Shown here: positions 63,766 through 64,000 of the stretch, piece after piece
How the letters are laid out: each line of letters begins with the position of its first letter
How positions within the stretch are numbered: the stretch's first letter is position 1
Source: Octopus sinensis
Taxonomy: Eukaryota
DNA: 64,000 nucleotides
Reading direction: 5' to 3'
Assembly: GCF_006345805.1 (NCBI RefSeq)
Contig: NC_043006.1
Coordinates: 102,176,001 to 102,240,000, forward strand
Made by a program: the position numbers and the translations under genes
The notes under the pieces: generated by a model
Databases searched by the model: none
Told to the model about the DNA's origin: nothing
The model's input: the letters and a program-made list of their open reading frames with translations, nothing else

Positions 63766-64000
63766 TGTTAGATGCAATTAGAAATAGTCTCTATATGTCT
63801 TAGCTGGATATAACACAAAGATGCATGTCAGTATTTGGGAATTTCTAACCTATTTCTAACTATATCTAGTTTTAAAAAGCATAATTTTACTCTATAAAAA
63901 ATGCTTAGGATTCAATACAATGATTAGACAAAGTAGATAAATGGTTATGCTAGAACCAATCAATGAATAATTACAGCAGTGCACCCTAAAATGTAAATGC

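Overview
AT-rich, microsatellite-saturated eukaryotic DNA. The SINE families and composition point to an octopus (coleoid cephalopod) genome; this is an inference from recognised repeat families, not a search. The window looks intronic or intergenic. I could not identify a host protein-coding gene and found only two weak exon candidates. There is no rRNA, genuine tRNA or CRISPR array. Most supplied ORFs are microsatellite artefacts. The recognisable content is transposon-derived: four tRNA-type SINE families (two nested insertions with TSDs), a full-length mariner, other Tc1/mariner relics including a fold-back element, a deleted autonomous Helitron and a non-autonomous Helitron, CR1/L2-, RTE- and possibly L1/Tx1-type LINE fragments, and two Penelope-like (PLE) GIY-YIG endonuclease relics. 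The most interesting signal is a set of hammerhead-ribozyme folds in non-autonomous elements. One is a tRNA-headed SINE with a PLE-type minimal hammerhead tail, inserted as a head-to-head inverted dimer inside a 12-bp TSD (2054-2678). The other is a ~400-bp element carrying two hammerhead folds on opposite strands, one near-canonical (37017-37090 +) and one with a swapped G3:C8 core (36930-36977 -). All folds were derived by eye and need computational and biochemical confirmation.
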